A DNA stretch of 64,000 nt. Origin: a virus. A program made the translations under genes and the position numbers. Positions 20,794-29,716 of this stretch are shown here, piece by piece. The notes under the pieces were generated by a model. That model was not told the DNA's origin. It saw only the letters and a program-made list of their open reading frames with translations, and searched no databases. The stretch's first letter is position 1, and every line of letters starts with the position of its first letter. Where the stretch lies: positions 10,398-74,397 of IMG/VR virus record IMGVR_UViG_3300021197_001350. One strand, written 5' to 3'.

Positions 20794-22961
20794 TGTATAT
20801 CCAGTGTTGCTCCAGTCCTTGGATCTATATTGACAAGATAATGCTCTTGCCTTTCAAACTCCTCGGTCTGTTCATTATACACATACTTTACCAGCACTAG
20901 CAAATTGTAATCCCTCGCCAGTCCGTCAGGTGCATTAGGAGCCTGAGCTTCCACATTTGCTAATAAATCTCTAGGTGCATCTGGAACCCATCCGCCACCC
21001 TGTATGCATTCACCGCTTGATGGCGTTCCTGTTTCAGTTGCACCAGTAAGAGTTCTTGATGATGCCGAGTCTACGCCATCCTCAATTGCCACTGAATAAG
21101 GAGCTTCTGCTAGGGGTACTAGGATAAAATAGCCTTTGCAAGGCACGTAACCTACAAGAGGACTCCTGTCATCAACCTCTTGGATAAACCCGAAAGCAAC
21201 ATACTGCTCGCCATTAAACTCAAATGAGCGATAGTTCTCATTAACATCCAGGGCAAATTCGATGGATCCTTGCCCGACAGCATATGTTGTTATAGGGAAT
21301 GCAGCGGGGTCAGTGTATGCAGGATCAAAATCAAGCACTTCACTTGTCTCTAGTACATTTTCAGGATCTGGAATTATCCATATATCATCATAGCCATCCA
21401 CATCCGTCATCTTATAGGCTACTGTATTAGTCCAACCCTGAAAGTAAGTCTCACGCTGACTCGATGTGGTTGCTCCGCTACCGCCAACAAATGGTGTCCC
21501 GATAATGGTATCAATTAATTCATTTGACACTGATAATTTTTCAGTGGGATCATTGATCACATCCCCTAGTGGATCGCTAAACTGAATTGTCAAAGTACCC
21601 CTGTCAACAGCTGATGCCTGTTGTATCTCAGCACAGCCATCATGTATAGCGTTTAAGTTAGTCGGCTCATCTGGGAAGCATATCGTGCCTGTTGCATTTG
21701 AAAAGCAATACCCTAATTCATTTGGAGCTACGGGTAGGTAGTCTAATCCAGTTGGAGCAAGAGGCTCAGTGGTTGCAGGGTTTGCACTAATATTAACCAC
21801 CAAGGTCGTTGGTGCTGACGGTGGTGTCCCTAATCCAGTTGGGCTATCTGCCAACAATCCTCGGAATACTAATATTGTTGGTGCTATAGGTTTCTGAAGC
21901 ACAAAGCTTCTAATTCCTGTAGGTGCTTGAGCTTTTAAGGTTGCCTGTAGTCCGTCAGGAGCTGAAGCCACACCAACATAAGGATGCAGACCTGTAGGCC
22001 CGTAGTAAACAGTGCCATCATCATTAAGCAAACTAAAGTCAAGAGAAGATGGGGCAATCGTTACCTGAGCGTCTGAGTTGGATATAGCACACAAATGATA
22101 GTCTGTCTGCTTGCAGTTATCTACAAGTAAACTGTCGGGTGCATTTGGAAGTATTAAATGACTTAAACCATTTGGCGGAAGCCTAGGACTAACCACATAA
22201 AAAGTAATCTGAGGAGCGTTGGGTAATCCAACTAGCCTATCTGTAGTCTCTGAATCAATGCAACAAGTATTGTAGTACCCCTCTGAAACTGAGGGCATAT
22301 CGAAAAGGGTCATGTCCTTCTCATCTAAATATAATATAGATCTCTCCTTGATATACATACCATAATACTCATTGTACAACTGTATATCTTTATCAACCTC
22401 TCTAACTATGTGAGCCTTGGCGTAGTCAGATACAACCTTAACCACCCTATGATCATATATAGTCTCATCAACATCACTGAAGTCCGTCTTAATACCCTCC
22501 CAGTCAAGTATTAATAACTCATCTGGGGTTAACTCTGGATATACATAAAATCCCCCAGGTCTTGTTTTATCCTCCATGATCTTGCCAGGAAACCTAGCTG
22601 ACCTGCAGTCACTAAGACAACCCATTGACATTGAGTTTCTCTTACTCCAAGGCCACCTGTTAAGCGGAATAGATATGACTTTATCACCCTTAGGCTTTAG
22701 CACAACAGCTTTAGTTATCTTTCCCTTACCTTTAGTGAAACCTTGTTGAAGTCCTGATAGCTCAATATCCTTAGCTTTATACATTTGGTCATAATAAAAT
22801 GTATCTCTATTTACTGACCTTAAGCTTGGAATAAATTGCTGTAACTCTATTACACCTGAAAGTATAACAGAATCAATATAGTTTTGAATACCCGCACCCT
22901 TTCGTTGTGCATCTACAGTTAGTAGAGTCCTAACAGATTCCTGAAACTCACTCCATATCAT
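20790..22961 (-). CDS. Head-tail adaptor (tail tubular A-like) with C-terminal extension of APxGL repeats
   Basis: N-terminal ~220 aa look like an adaptor (MIWSEFQESVR...FYVYP); then recurring APDGL/APTGI/APTGL/APNEL motifs. Confidence 0.5.
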   Translation of the reverse strand: MIWSEFQESVRTLLTVDAQRKGAGIQNYIDSVILSGVIELQQFIPSLRSVNRDTFYYDQMYKAKDIELSGLQQGFTKGKGKITKAVVLKPKGDKVISIPLNRWPWSKRNSMSMGCLSDCRSARFPGKIMEDKTRPGGFYVYPELTPDELLILDWEGIKTDFSDVDETIYDHRVVKVVSDYAKAHIVREVDKDIQLYNEYYGMYIKERSILYLDEKDMTLFDMPSVSEGYYNTCCIDSETTDRLVGLPNAPQITFYVVSPRLPPNGLSHLILPNAPDSLLVDNCKQTDYHLCAISNSDAQVTIAPSSLDFSLLNDDGTVYYGPTGLHPYVGVASAPDGLQATLKAQAPTGIRSFVLQKPIAPTILVFRGLLADSPTGLGTPPSAPTTLVVNISANPATTEPLAPTGLDYLPVAPNELGYCFSNATGTICFPDEPTNLNAIHDGCAEIQQASAVDRGTLTIQFSDPLGDVINDPTEKLSVSNELIDTIIGTPFVGGSGATTSSQRETYFQGWTNTVAYKMTDVDGYDDIWIIPDPENVLETSEVLDFDPAYTDPAAFPITTYAVGQGSIEFALDVNENYRSFEFNGEQYVAFGFIQEVDDRSPLVGYVPCKGYFILVPLAEAPYSVAIEDGVDSASSRTLTGATETGTPSSGECIQGGGWVPDAPRDLLANVEAQAPNAPDGLARDYNLLVLVKYVYNEQTEEFERQEHYLVNIDPRTGATLDIQ

Positions 22962-23107
22962 TTCTTGTTTTGCCTATATAGTGCTATACTTATATGCACA
23001 AGAGTAAGTATACCGCAAACTAAACCCAACCAGGGATTGACATCGGTTAGTACGAAAGTGCCTCCTGTTCCAATTACAGCACCTAATGTTTGTGGTAAAT
23101 CATTCAT
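22958..23107 (-). CDS. Small membrane protein, holin candidate (49 aa, below track cutoff)
   Basis: MNDLPQTLGAVIGTGGTFVLTDVNPWLGLVCGILTLVHISIALYRQNKK; ATGA overlap with next gene; basic C-terminus. Confidence 0.55.
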   Translation of the reverse strand: MNDLPQTLGAVIGTGGTFVLTDVNPWLGLVCGILTLVHISIALYRQNKK

Positions 23108-23127
23108 CAATTTCCATAATTAACACT

Positions 23128-23385
23128 TTACTTGCGGCCTCCACAACATCCTTTTCTTCTAGGGGGAGGTTTATTTCCTGATCCAGCGGCTGGACTTCTA
23201 AGAACGACTGTGCTTGGATTTTTTTTTTCAGGAGCATCTGGAACTTCAAATGCCTCTTTACTTGCTTTTAGTTTGCTTAACTCATCAGGATCGTTACCTC
23301 CGTAACCATACAGCCATGAGTGTCCGAGAAACTTGAGAGGTTTAAGTTCTATATCACCTATTTTTTTACTATAACTCGCTATCAT
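23128..23385 (-). CDS. Hypothetical protein
   Basis: 85 aa in operon, ends RRKGCCGGRK. Confidence 0.6.
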   Translation of the reverse strand: MIASYSKKIGDIELKPLKFLGHSWLYGYGGNDPDELSKLKASKEAFEVPDAPEKKNPSTVVLRSPAAGSGNKPPPRRKGCCGGRK

Positions 23386-23388
23386 AAA

Positions 23389-26238
23389 TTAATATCTTCT
23401 GGATGACTTTCCGAACCTTCTACCAACAGTGGGCTGATTAAGGTTAACACCACCACCAAAACCTGTCTTGCCGCTAAAGCCTGGCTTGCCGCTAAAGCCT
23501 GACTTTCTCCGAACCGAAGAAGTACCATCTGAATTCATAGTAAGCTTTTCTCCTCGATTGTTGGATTGCCTATACCTTTCCATAGCAGCTGATCGGTCTT
23601 GATGACTGATCCTTCTGTTTATATCTCTCGTATTCTTATCCAATAAATTAATTCCTCTGGTTAGCCTTCCCTTCATACCGCCATCCGCTGCCCGATTTAA
23701 CTCGTTAAGCTCACGCCTGTTTAAAGGTATCTGACCTTGTGCATTAGCAGGTATACCCTGATTGAGGGCATCAACCTCCATCATCATCATCCTTTCCCTA
23801 TCACTAAACTGAGGCTGCATTCCTCCCCTAAGTTGATTACGCTCAGCAGCAAGCTCTTGGCGAAACTGATCAGGGGTCTTGCCTGCAGCTCTCTGCTTAT
23901 TAGCCTGAGCCTGCCGCCTCTCTCTAGGACTCATGCCCAAATAAGCTAAGTCGCCCTGCATTGCCATTGTATCTGCTTGAGAAATACCCAAGTATGGGTC
24001 TGGTCTATATAGACCAAGATTATCTCCCGCTCCTGCGGCTGGTGTATTCCTAGGTTGCATCCTCCCCATAGTATCCAAGATCATGCCTGGAACCATTCCC
24101 GTGTTGCCACCAGTCTGACTCCTGATATACTCCCCTTCATTCATCACGCCTTGACCTGCACCCGCACCTCTTAATGCGGTGGGAACATTACTAGCACCAG
24201 TAGCCCTACTCTGCCTAAATCCCTCAGGGTTCCTCGCATACGCCTCGGCATTAGGATAACTGTTCTTTATGTTATTCATCCTTTTCTGCCTCATCGTCTG
24301 TGCGTCAACCTGAGTGCCACTCTGAGCAGTCGGATTAAGAGCAAACCTCCCACCTGGGATTAGCTCAGCAGCGTTCCCTCTAAATCTTTGCCCGCGTGCC
24401 TTACCGCCTGTTCGTTCTGTAACGCCAGGAGCATAAGATCTACTATCACCCACAAGATCAAGTGCGTCCCCAAATGTCTGCCGAATACCCTCCTGAGCCA
24501 CATTGCCCACAAAATTTGGCACATCAGCAACATACTGAGCTGCCATTCTTGCGTTGGCATTAGGGATAGCATCTCCAACTTGACTAGCAAGGCGACCCAC
24601 TGCATACCCTGGATTGCCTCCATATATTATATCTTCAGCACGATCCGTAACCATCTCTCCTACATTTTCCCCAACGCCCCTTCGGGAATGGGGAGATCGT
24701 GTATATCCACCACCTATATTCCTATCGTAGTCATTAGCTCGCCTGTAGTCTTTTCCAAAATTCCTAACCGCATTAATTCCACCAGCAATCATACTGCCCG
24801 TGCCTCCTGCACCAGCCATATCTGCAATAGCTCCGCCAGTTTGAATTAACCTCCCACGCTTATCCCTAGCTGACTGATCGGCTACGGAGTCCATACCTAT
24901 ACTCTTTCTGTAGTCTTGAGCCGCACGCCTATTAGCAGTACCTTGCGCGCCTTGCATATCCCTATTCATGCTGGTTATAGCCTCAGCACCTAGCTGATTA
25001 TCATACATACCCCTGAGACCAACCTTACTGTCGGAATACTTGTTTTGTGCAGCCATTATCTTATTCCTGTCCTGCATCATATGATTTTTATGCGCTTGCG
25101 TTGCAGTACCATTTTGCTGCATTTGCTTATACTTCTCAAGATTAGCCGCATAAACTTTTCTTGCGTTAGCAATCTTTCCGTGATCACTCTGAAGACTACT
25201 TCTTCCTTCACTATAAAGTCTGGCGGTCTCAGCCTGATTCTGATTTAAACTTGGATACCGCTTCTCGTAAGCCTTACGCCTAGCTGCAGCATCTGCCATT
25301 CTAGCTCCAGCACTCATCGTTCCCTGCGTAACTGTCGAAGTTGATCGCTGCCCAGTTGGACGACTCTGCGATCTCATCTGGGCATCATTCACATATCTAG
25401 TAAAAGGATTATTTACTATAGGGCTTTCAGCTACCCTCTGACCGATATTACTATTAAAAACAGTATCTACGGTATTCAAAATAGGACTATTGTTTCTCGA
25501 CAGTCCCTGAAATGCATCAGACACCCCAACAACAGGATTGCTACTTATCTGATTAGATAAGCGGGTCATTGGGCCAGTAGCACTACCTATGCCTGACCCT
25601 GGATTATTTGCCCCGTAAAGACCCTTTGTATAGGCAGCTGTTCCACTCGAAGTCATTCCAGCATTACTAGCCATCGATTGCCCGAGTCCACCACCACCAG
25701 AAATTAAAGGCCCATAGTTTCCTGTACTTTGCGCATTCCTTAACCCCGATGCAAGGCTGTTTGCGGCAAATGCCTTATTTAAGTTACTCCTTGCATTTGA
25801 TATACTAGCACCCCTATTGGACGAACCGCCCCCACTACCAGTGATACCTCCAGGTCTTAATGTATTAAGATTGGAAAAGTTACTAGTTGTTATAGGTCTA
25901 CTACTACCACCACCTTGATAACTACTGCCGCCCGAACTTCGGGGACTAATCATAGGTGAGGTTGAACCCAGGGAGTTACGCAGAGACCCTAGGTTCGTTG
26001 CCATTATTGATGACGCACCTGAGCCTCGATTAAGATTGCCACGAGATGCGGTAATTGCCGCACTTGCACTACCTAGGTTACCCCCCGCCGTAGACAAAGA
26101 CGAGGAAGACCTATTCCTCGCCATGTTCCCAACACTAGCTCCGTAACCAGAATTAAAATTTCTGTTAGCTAAACTGCCTAGATTTGTAACATTGGTGGGC
26201 GGTGTATACCCAGAGCTATAACTATTGTACCTTGACAT
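23389..26238 (-). CDS. 949-aa low-complexity, basic G/S/N/R/A/Q-rich protein
   Basis: Long ORF directly after the capsid gene; composition suggests disorder. Confidence 0.8.
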   Translation of the reverse strand: MSRYNSYSSGYTPPTNVTNLGSLANRNFNSGYGASVGNMARNRSSSSLSTAGGNLGSASAAITASRGNLNRGSGASSIMATNLGSLRNSLGSTSPMISPRSSGGSSYQGGGSSRPITTSNFSNLNTLRPGGITGSGGGSSNRGASISNARSNLNKAFAANSLASGLRNAQSTGNYGPLISGGGGLGQSMASNAGMTSSGTAAYTKGLYGANNPGSGIGSATGPMTRLSNQISSNPVVGVSDAFQGLSRNNSPILNTVDTVFNSNIGQRVAESPIVNNPFTRYVNDAQMRSQSRPTGQRSTSTVTQGTMSAGARMADAAARRKAYEKRYPSLNQNQAETARLYSEGRSSLQSDHGKIANARKVYAANLEKYKQMQQNGTATQAHKNHMMQDRNKIMAAQNKYSDSKVGLRGMYDNQLGAEAITSMNRDMQGAQGTANRRAAQDYRKSIGMDSVADQSARDKRGRLIQTGGAIADMAGAGGTGSMIAGGINAVRNFGKDYRRANDYDRNIGGGYTRSPHSRRGVGENVGEMVTDRAEDIIYGGNPGYAVGRLASQVGDAIPNANARMAAQYVADVPNFVGNVAQEGIRQTFGDALDLVGDSRSYAPGVTERTGGKARGQRFRGNAAELIPGGRFALNPTAQSGTQVDAQTMRQKRMNNIKNSYPNAEAYARNPEGFRQSRATGASNVPTALRGAGAGQGVMNEGEYIRSQTGGNTGMVPGMILDTMGRMQPRNTPAAGAGDNLGLYRPDPYLGISQADTMAMQGDLAYLGMSPRERRQAQANKQRAAGKTPDQFRQELAAERNQLRGGMQPQFSDRERMMMMEVDALNQGIPANAQGQIPLNRRELNELNRAADGGMKGRLTRGINLLDKNTRDINRRISHQDRSAAMERYRQSNNRGEKLTMNSDGTSSVRRKSGFSGKPGFSGKTGFGGGVNLNQPTVGRRFGKSSRRY

Positions 26239-26242
26239 ATCA

Positions 26243-26296
26243 TCCCCTCCCTACCCTCTCCCCCCGAAGGAGGAGAGGGATTAGAAAGGAAAGAAG
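26243..26296 (-). promoter_or_regulatory. Stable cUUCGg hairpin between the capsid gene and the 949-aa gene
   Basis: Minus strand CCCTCTCCTCC-TTCG-GGGGGAGAGGG (26254-26279); no U-tract; flanking pyrimidine and purine tracts can extend the stem over the next SD. Confidence 0.65.
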
Positions 26297-26297
26297 A

Positions 26298-28256
26298 TTA
26301 GGGAATGTTATTGAATGCGTCCCCTGAGTCCATAACACCTGAGCCGTTAATAAGATCACCGCTAGCGAACACACTGAGCTTCGGAAGCGTATCGTTGAAG
26401 TTACGCACTACGAGGTGACGCTGAGGGCGATCAAGCATCGTAGTCCAGCGTGTGGACTTGAGCTGATACTCCTTAACATTAGCCTCCATGCGGCACTTGT
26501 ATAGCTCCTGAGCTTCAACATTAGGATGTTTACGGGTAACCGAGTTGGTTCCTGCAATACCTACATTGATGTCAGACCAATCAAGGAACCATAAATGGCG
26601 ACCATTCGCAGCAGCCTTAGCTGCCGTAATAGCCGAACCTGATAGGTCTGTGGAAGACTCAGATTGCTTAGCTGCACTCAAGTGATCATCAAAGAACTGA
26701 TCATGGAACACTGCAAGCTGAACACCAATCTCAGGGATGTCATACACATTGTAGTTAAACAACACCTGATTATCAAAGGTTAGCTTTTGTCCCTGATCAA
26801 CGAATCGATTGACCTGCGCGCCATACTTAGCCTGATAGTAACGACTGAATGCAACCATTAAGTTATCGGCAGTGTAGCGGTCGGTCATGCAGTCGATGAC
26901 ATCAATTGAGTCACCATCTGATTCGCGATAGCGTTTTAAGTAGTAGATCAATTGGAAGAGTGCATCCAAATCAAGCTGTCCTCCAGCGAAGTCTGCAACA
27001 CGAGATGCCTCAACAAGCTGAGTATAGATACCAATCGCATTGGCTTTATACTCAAGCGGGCAACTTTCGCCAGAAGGCTGACCGCCTGGATACTCACCGT
27101 AACTAGTTCCTGATTCAGGATCATGCACCTGTGGAAGACTAGTATAACCCTCAACAGTTTGACTATCACTAATTGCCTGACCAAAGAAGGTCGAACGCAA
27201 CCATGCATTCTCACTGTTACCTGCAGCAATCTTATTTTGCTCAGCAAGTGGGAGATACTTAAATCCAGCAGCATAAGGATTAACCTTACCATCAAGGATC
27301 TTCTGAAGCGTATCTTTATATACTCCATCAACCTGACGGGTCTCACGGCTGGTTTGCAACCAGTTAACAATGATACGCTGATTGAAGTCGGTTGGTTGAT
27401 TCCTGCACCATTCTTCCCAGTCGGAAACATTATTTGTTCCAATCTGACAGAATCCCCCTGCTAATGCACCTGCTGTAGTCAATGAGCGATCCTTGACCTC
27501 AAGAAGAACATCTCCCTTGAGTGTGGCAGTGCCTTTGGCAGTAACCTCATAAGCATCCACGATTTCAAGATCAAGAACCTTAGATGCAGTGCCATCATAG
27601 GTATATGCAATCAATGACATACCTGGAAGGAAGTATCTATCAATGGAAGTTGGCCCACCACGATAAGTGTTCAGAACACCAAGAGTGCTATTATCCTCTC
27701 CCCATGCACCAGAAGTTACTTTAATATGATGGGTGTTCTGAACCCCAGCACCAGATGTCATCGCGGCTGGGATAGTATTGCCTGTCCATTTTGAAACAGT
27801 TGTACCCTTCTTAGCCGCATCATCTAAATTACCGCCACCATCTGCGATCTGGAAGTAATTAGAGTTCTGATGTCCGCGCTGTCTGCGCTGAATGTAAGGA
27901 AGGATGATACTTTGCTCATCTACCTTACTAGTGGACATTGCTGGCTTAATATCACGGAGTGAGCTTTTAAGAAGAGTAGCTAAACCCTTTTCTTGCACTC
28001 CCAAGATTTTTGCCTCGGCTGCTCCTGCAATTACTCGGGCGAGATCAGTCTCGACCATTGCGAGCTGCTCAAAAGTATCTGGGGTCATCCCCTGAATGTC
28101 TGCTCTTGTTAATGTACAACCAGTCGAGCTAGTTACATTAATCATGTTTGGAAGCAATGGATCCCCAGTGGATCCGAACCTACCGCTTTTTGTGTTAGTT
28201 AAGGTTCCCGCATCGGGTGCGGTTCCTGATAATTGTGTAATTTTTCCTGAAGCCAT
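26298..28256 (-). CDS. Major capsid protein (probable)
   Basis: 652 aa, follows portal and scaffold; AT-rich upstream spacer and downstream hairpin; call is from synteny. Confidence 0.7.
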   Translation of the reverse strand: MASGKITQLSGTAPDAGTLTNTKSGRFGSTGDPLLPNMINVTSSTGCTLTRADIQGMTPDTFEQLAMVETDLARVIAGAAEAKILGVQEKGLATLLKSSLRDIKPAMSTSKVDEQSIILPYIQRRQRGHQNSNYFQIADGGGNLDDAAKKGTTVSKWTGNTIPAAMTSGAGVQNTHHIKVTSGAWGEDNSTLGVLNTYRGGPTSIDRYFLPGMSLIAYTYDGTASKVLDLEIVDAYEVTAKGTATLKGDVLLEVKDRSLTTAGALAGGFCQIGTNNVSDWEEWCRNQPTDFNQRIIVNWLQTSRETRQVDGVYKDTLQKILDGKVNPYAAGFKYLPLAEQNKIAAGNSENAWLRSTFFGQAISDSQTVEGYTSLPQVHDPESGTSYGEYPGGQPSGESCPLEYKANAIGIYTQLVEASRVADFAGGQLDLDALFQLIYYLKRYRESDGDSIDVIDCMTDRYTADNLMVAFSRYYQAKYGAQVNRFVDQGQKLTFDNQVLFNYNVYDIPEIGVQLAVFHDQFFDDHLSAAKQSESSTDLSGSAITAAKAAANGRHLWFLDWSDINVGIAGTNSVTRKHPNVEAQELYKCRMEANVKEYQLKSTRWTTMLDRPQRHLVVRNFNDTLPKLSVFASGDLINGSGVMDSGDAFNNIP

Positions 28257-28402
28257 GTCTTATATATATGTTGGTTAATAAATTGAACTTAACCTTACAA
28301 TATCACAATCAAGGTTAAAACGAGTATATTAAATAATATTACCTTAACTTTTACAGAATCACAAAATCTAACCCATTTGTTTCCTATTTTAAAAATAGAA
28401 AA

Positions 28403-29710
28403 TTAATCAAGTAGCATTGAAGCTAACCCAGATTTAACCTCTTCTCCCTTATTCTCACCTACAGGGGGCGGAGTTCTTGGTGTCGCAGTACGAGGTGTGG
28501 GTTCCTGGATGTTAGAACCGACTGGAGTTGATTTAGGTGCAGCTCCATATTTTGCAACTTTTTCTTGTATGTCTTTCACCTTTTTAGAAATAGTAGCTTT
28601 ACTTGCAGACATGAAAGCACCCCTAACCCCATCAGCATCCCAAGTATAATGAGTTGCACGCTGTTCGGGTGTAAGCTTAGAGAATTCACTTCTAGTGACA
28701 AAAGATTTTCCATTCTTAGGCTTAGCAGTCTTTTTAAAAGCTTGACCGAGTGTCTCTATTCTTGATGCGAGTTGACCATGTTTTTGTGGATCGTACCTCT
28801 CAAGGCCATTATTGACACGCTCGAACTGCGAGATATACCGCTCTGCTGTCTTTAGCGTATTCTGTATGACCTCATTCTCGAATGGTCTGGCTTCTGCAAA
28901 AGCTTTCTTATCGGCATCAATCTCATTCCTTAAATCCTCAGGCACGGATTGCTCATAGTTCTTTTGACTATAATCCTTTAGTGTCTGCTTTACTTGGGGT
29001 TCGATTTTTTGCTGGTGCAGTTGACTCTTGAGTTTTGATATCTCTACCCTTTGCCTACCTATCTCCGATGACACTTCTCTTTTTAAATCCTCTCGCTCAA
29101 GTTTCCGTATCATTGTGTCAGAAACATTAGGATCTAAATCTTCTTTCAGCTTCTTATAATCATCATCCCACTCTAAACTCTCTCCGCTTTCCAGCTTCTT
29201 ACTGGCATATGCAGACTCCTTTTTATAGAAATCGAGATACTTGGAATGCATATCTTGATATACTGCAGGGGAAGACCCTGGGTTTTCCTTGTATATCTGT
29301 TCCGCAATCCTTGCCAACCTAAGCCTTTCTTTTTGCTCTGGCAGTAATCCCTCTTCAGGGTCAGGCTCTACGGGTTGCGTAACGGGCTGCTGTACAACTT
29401 GCTGTACAACCTGCTGTACGGGTTGTTGCTGCACAGGCTGAAGCGGAACCTCCCTTTCTCCTACCTTAGCAGGCTCTACCTCAGGTTCCTCATTGGGTTC
29501 CACGGCTTCCACAGTTTCCGCATTCTTTAGTTTCTCCGCATCTTCAGGCAGGGTGGTTAGAATATCCGATAGTGTTTTCACTTGAGGTAGTCCAGTGTCT
29601 GCTGGGACGGCACTGTCTGTTTCAGCAGCCTCAAATAATGCATTCATTAAAGCATTACTCTTTGCACCCTCTTCTTGTTGCTCGCTTTGTTCTTCGCTTG
29701 ATTCACTCAT
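28403..29710 (-). CDS. Scaffolding protein (probable)
   Basis: Acidic/Pro-rich N-terminus, helical body, lies between portal and capsid. Confidence 0.6.
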   Translation of the reverse strand: MSESSEEQSEQQEEGAKSNALMNALFEAAETDSAVPADTGLPQVKTLSDILTTLPEDAEKLKNAETVEAVEPNEEPEVEPAKVGEREVPLQPVQQQPVQQVVQQVVQQPVTQPVEPDPEEGLLPEQKERLRLARIAEQIYKENPGSSPAVYQDMHSKYLDFYKKESAYASKKLESGESLEWDDDYKKLKEDLDPNVSDTMIRKLEREDLKREVSSEIGRQRVEISKLKSQLHQQKIEPQVKQTLKDYSQKNYEQSVPEDLRNEIDADKKAFAEARPFENEVIQNTLKTAERYISQFERVNNGLERYDPQKHGQLASRIETLGQAFKKTAKPKNGKSFVTRSEFSKLTPEQRATHYTWDADGVRGAFMSASKATISKKVKDIQEKVAKYGAAPKSTPVGSNIQEPTPRTATPRTPPPVGENKGEEVKSGLASMLLD

Positions 29711-29716
29711 ATTTTT

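Noticed and set aside
26238-26300. Capsid readthrough or frameshift fusion to the 949-aa ORF
   Set aside because: The ORFs are in different frames, and an in-frame TAG lies five codons upstream of the 949-aa start
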